A stretch of 26,871 bases of DNA, from contig DVLF01000107.1 of the NCBI GenBank assembly GCA_018715665.1, forward strand, positions 1 to 26,871, given 5' to 3'. Position numbers and translations under genes: made by a program. Each line of letters starts with the position of its first letter. The first letter of the stretch is position 1. Source of the DNA: Candidatus Pelethenecus faecipullorum. Lineage in GTDB: Bacteria; Bacillota_I; Bacilli_A; Acholeplasmatales; Anaeroplasmataceae. Shown piece after piece: positions 25,012-26,871 of the stretch. The notes under the pieces are model-generated. The model worked only from the letters and a program-made list of their open reading frames with translations. It ran no database searches and was not told the DNA's origin.

Positions 25012-25247
25012 TTACCGCCAAAAGGATAAACTTATCCCTTGCGGTAGTGGCTTCACATTCATGTAACCGGCTTTGAAATTCAAAGTCGAAACTGTCCTTT
25101 ACGCTTTTCTTACTGCCGACAGTCCAAAGCAGTTTCAGAAGCGGCGGCATTTTCTCTTAGCATACCGCAGGCATTATCCGGCTCACAGCCGTCATCCCAA
25201 ATCTGTGAAGAAAGATATTCAGTTGTCGCTCTCTTTTGATATTTTTT

Positions 25248-25277
25248 ATTATACACCACAGAACAAATGTTTGTCAA
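25248..25277 (-). promoter_or_regulatory. Consensus sigmaA promoter reading into the element
   Basis: Minus strand TTGACA-18 nt-TATAAT (both hexamers perfect). Confidence 0.85.
25260..25273. promoter_or_regulatory. Candidate LexA/DinR (SOS) box
   Basis: AGAAC-AAAT-GTTTG fits the Firmicutes core GAAC-N4-GTTY with an RNRY spacer; lies in the promoter spacer, touching the -35. Confidence 0.6.
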
Positions 25278-25300
25278 TACTTCCTGAATAAGTTTTTGAA
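25272..25300. repeat. Right junction (candidate att site)
   Basis: Element arm TGTCAATACTTCCT, dinucleotide GA (25286-25287), flank ATAAGTTTTTGAA. Confidence 0.55.
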
Positions 25301-25565
25301 TATTTTTCAAAAAAGCGGAGATACTATTTTGTTTTATGCCTTGCGTAGTGAAATAGAAACCGATTCACATTTTATAATGTCGTTAAAACCTCTAATTACA
25401 ACATATAAGAATCGAAAATTAGAGGTTGAAAAAGCCTGATTTCAAGCCATTTCTAAAGCATAAACTTTGAGGGATAAGGTATAAACACCTTACCCCTCCA
25501 TTTTGCATTTGAAAGCGTTACAGGATCATTTCCTCCATTTTACCCTAGCCGCATCAATGCGGCTA
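25293..25565. repeat. Cluster of inverted and direct repeats in a gene-free spacer
   Basis: TTTTTGAA/TTCAAAAA (25293-25313), AACCTCTAATT/AATTAGAGGTT (25387-25427), GAGGGATAAGGT/ACCTTACCCCTC (25469-25498), TAGCCGCAT/ATGCGGCTA (25546-25565); direct repeat CCTCCATTTT (25495, 25532). Confidence 0.65.
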
Positions 25566-25645
25566 TATTCGTTCCTTCATAATCTAATTTATTGCGACTA
25601 AGAAAGAAGATCGCAGAAAATATCCCTCCGATAAAATGATGTTTT

Positions 25646-26317
25646 CTACTCTTTCGCACCAAATATCCGGTTCAGTTCCTCCACGGCCGCCTCGTCTGCA
25701 AAAGCCAGAATATACTGGCCGGCACGAATAACGGTTTCACCATGGGGAATAAGCATCGCATCATCTTCATAAATAGCAATCAAGAGGGCGTGCGAAGGAA
25801 GTTTGATCTCAGCGATGGTTTTATTGACATTCGGAGAATGATAGTCGACATGGATACGGACAATCGAGTAGTCGCCTTTGGACAGCCGCATCAAGGTCAT
25901 AATGGACTGATAGTTCATTTCATCTGCAATCATATGACCGATCATGTCGGCCTGATTGATCTTTACATCCACACCCATACCTGCATTAAAAAGCCATGCG
26001 TTTTTGGGATTATTAACTCTCGCAATTACCTTTGGCACATCGTATTCAAATTTTGCCATCATTGCCACGGCCAAATTAGTTTCATCATTGCCCGTAGTAC
26101 AAACCAAGGCGTTACATCTGCGCACTCCGGCTTTTTCCAGCAACAGAGCGTCCGTTCCATCGCCTGTCAGGACATTTTCTTTTTTTAGGCCGTTTTTCTT
26201 TAATGCCTGAAGGGCCTTTTCTTTATTTTCAATGACGATAGCATTGTTTCCGTTTTCTATTAGCAATCCAGCGATATATCCTCCGACTTGGCCGCCGCCA
26301 ACAATAATCACATTCAT
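25646..26317 (-). CDS. trkA: TrkA/KtrA-family RCK protein (potassium-uptake regulatory subunit)
   Basis: Rossmann motif IIVGGGQVG, GDGTDALLLEKAG, TGNDETNL, IARVNNP, RCK_C region with PHGETVI; AAGGAG RBS. Confidence 0.92.
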   Translation of the reverse strand: MNVIIVGGGQVGGYIAGLLIENGNNAIVIENKEKALQALKKNGLKKENVLTGDGTDALLLEKAGVRRCNALVCTTGNDETNLAVAMMAKFEYDVPKVIARVNNPKNAWLFNAGMGVDVKINQADMIGHMIADEMNYQSIMTLMRLSKGDYSIVRIHVDYHSPNVNKTIAEIKLPSHALLIAIYEDDAMLIPHGETVIRAGQYILAFADEAAVEELNRIFGAKE

Positions 26318-26338
26318 CGTACACCGCTCCTTTCCACT

Positions 26339-26871
26339 TTATAATTGCAACATATCCCTGGCCCGCTCCATGCAATCTGAACAAACCGACAAATACAAGA
26401 TATCGTTATATTCGCAACACATATCTCTTTCCGGCACAAAGGATCGTCCATGACGTTCTACAGCAATCAGACTTATCTTTCCTGCCACATCAAACTCGGA
26501 ATACTTTTTCCCCTCCAAGCTGGCAGGAATTCGTACCTTTACAAGCTGGACATCGTTTCCCAATTTGCGAATGACACGCCAGCTTCTGTTTCCTTCAAGG
26601 TATTCCATGACATTATCCAGTCCAAGGCGGGTAATGGATACTGTATATATCCCCATGGATTCAAACATTCTCGCCCGTATAGGGTCATACATACGAGCGA
26701 TAACTGTGGGAACATGAAATACATTTTTCGCAATGTTAGCAACCACTGCATTCAGCGAATCGCTGCTGGTACAGCCAATCACTACATCCGCCGAAGCAAT
26801 TCCCGCCTGTTTCAACACGTCTTTGTCATATCCGACTCCGCAGATTGTTCGTCCTGTAAATTCCTCGCTCA
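26339..26871 (-). CDS. trkA: Second TrkA/KtrA-family RCK protein; 5'-partial at window edge
   Basis: Frame stays open upstream of 26818 to the edge (SEEFTGRTICGVGYDKDVLKQAGIASAD), VPTVIARMYDP, RCK_C region. Confidence 0.88.
   Translation of the reverse strand, partial: SEEFTGRTICGVGYDKDVLKQAGIASADVVIGCTSSDSLNAVVANIAKNVFHVPTVIARMYDPIRARMFESMGIYTVSITRLGLDNVMEYLEGNRSWRVIRKLGNDVQLVKVRIPASLEGKKYSEFDVAGKISLIAVERHGRSFVPERDMCCEYNDILYLSVCSDCMERARDMLQL

Larger units (their letters stand above)
20004..25287 (-). mobile_element. Integrative mobilizable element (about 5.3 kb): mobC - MOBP relaxase - parB - tnpW-like - large serine recombinase
   Basis: Co-oriented gene set; spot GC counts near 50% versus low 40s in host genes; inverted end arms AGGAAGTATT (20006-20015) and AATACTTCCT (25276-25285). 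Confidence 0.85.

Noticed and set aside
24716-25150. Small minus-strand ORFs 24932..25150 and 24716..24916 as leader genes
   Set aside because: Weak or absent RBS, no motifs, and they cross the terminator or oriT hairpins. A leader-peptide role cannot be fully excluded.
25279-25306. Resemblance to the B. subtilis dif left arm (ACTTCCT-GAATA)
   Set aside because: No XerD-type arm (TTATGTAAACT) at the required spacing; better explained as the recombinase end arm.
25110-25310. 66-aa minus-strand ORF
   Set aside because: It runs through the consensus promoter and the predicted element boundary, so it is unlikely to be transcribed from its start.
24682-25645. Canonical parS for the element ParB; CRISPR array; tRNA attachment site
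   Set aside because: No TGTTTCACGTGAAACA-like 16-mer, no regularly spaced repeat-spacer units and no cloverleaf or tRNA 3' end seen.

Overview
Bacterial chromosomal window from a low-GC Gram-positive-type organism (Bacillota or Mollicutes-like; this is inference from lipoprotein signals and AGGAGG ribosome-binding sites). TGA is used as stop, so code 11. (1) 1-1461: stand-alone cytoplasmic GH43 glycosidase, cut by the left window edge and missing from the ORF track. (2) 1550-18610: complete starch/maltodextrin locus. A minus-strand operon runs solute-binding lipoprotein, two permeases, lipoprotein GH13 amylase, an 847-aa MsmX/MalK ATPase with extra OB/TOBE-like modules and a long coiled coil, and two orphan lipoproteins, ending in a terminator. 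Alongside it are malQ-malP-HAD, a divergent LacI regulator and a convergent second GH13. A recurring AAG-CG-YT operator-like motif marks the intergenic regions. (3) 18771-19925: two hypothetical genes. (4) about 20004-25287: a 5.3-kb cargo-free integrative mobilizable element (mobC, MOBP relaxase, parB, tnpW-like, TnpX-like large serine recombinase). It has identifiable end arms, a consensus promoter containing a LexA-type box, a 560-nt structured leader with a terminator/antiterminator pair, and an oriT-like hairpin cluster. (5) 25288-26871: a palindrome-rich spacer and two tandem TrkA/KtrA-type RCK genes, the second cut by the right edge. No rRNA, tRNA or CRISPR array was seen. All family calls come from motif recognition by eye; no database searches were run.
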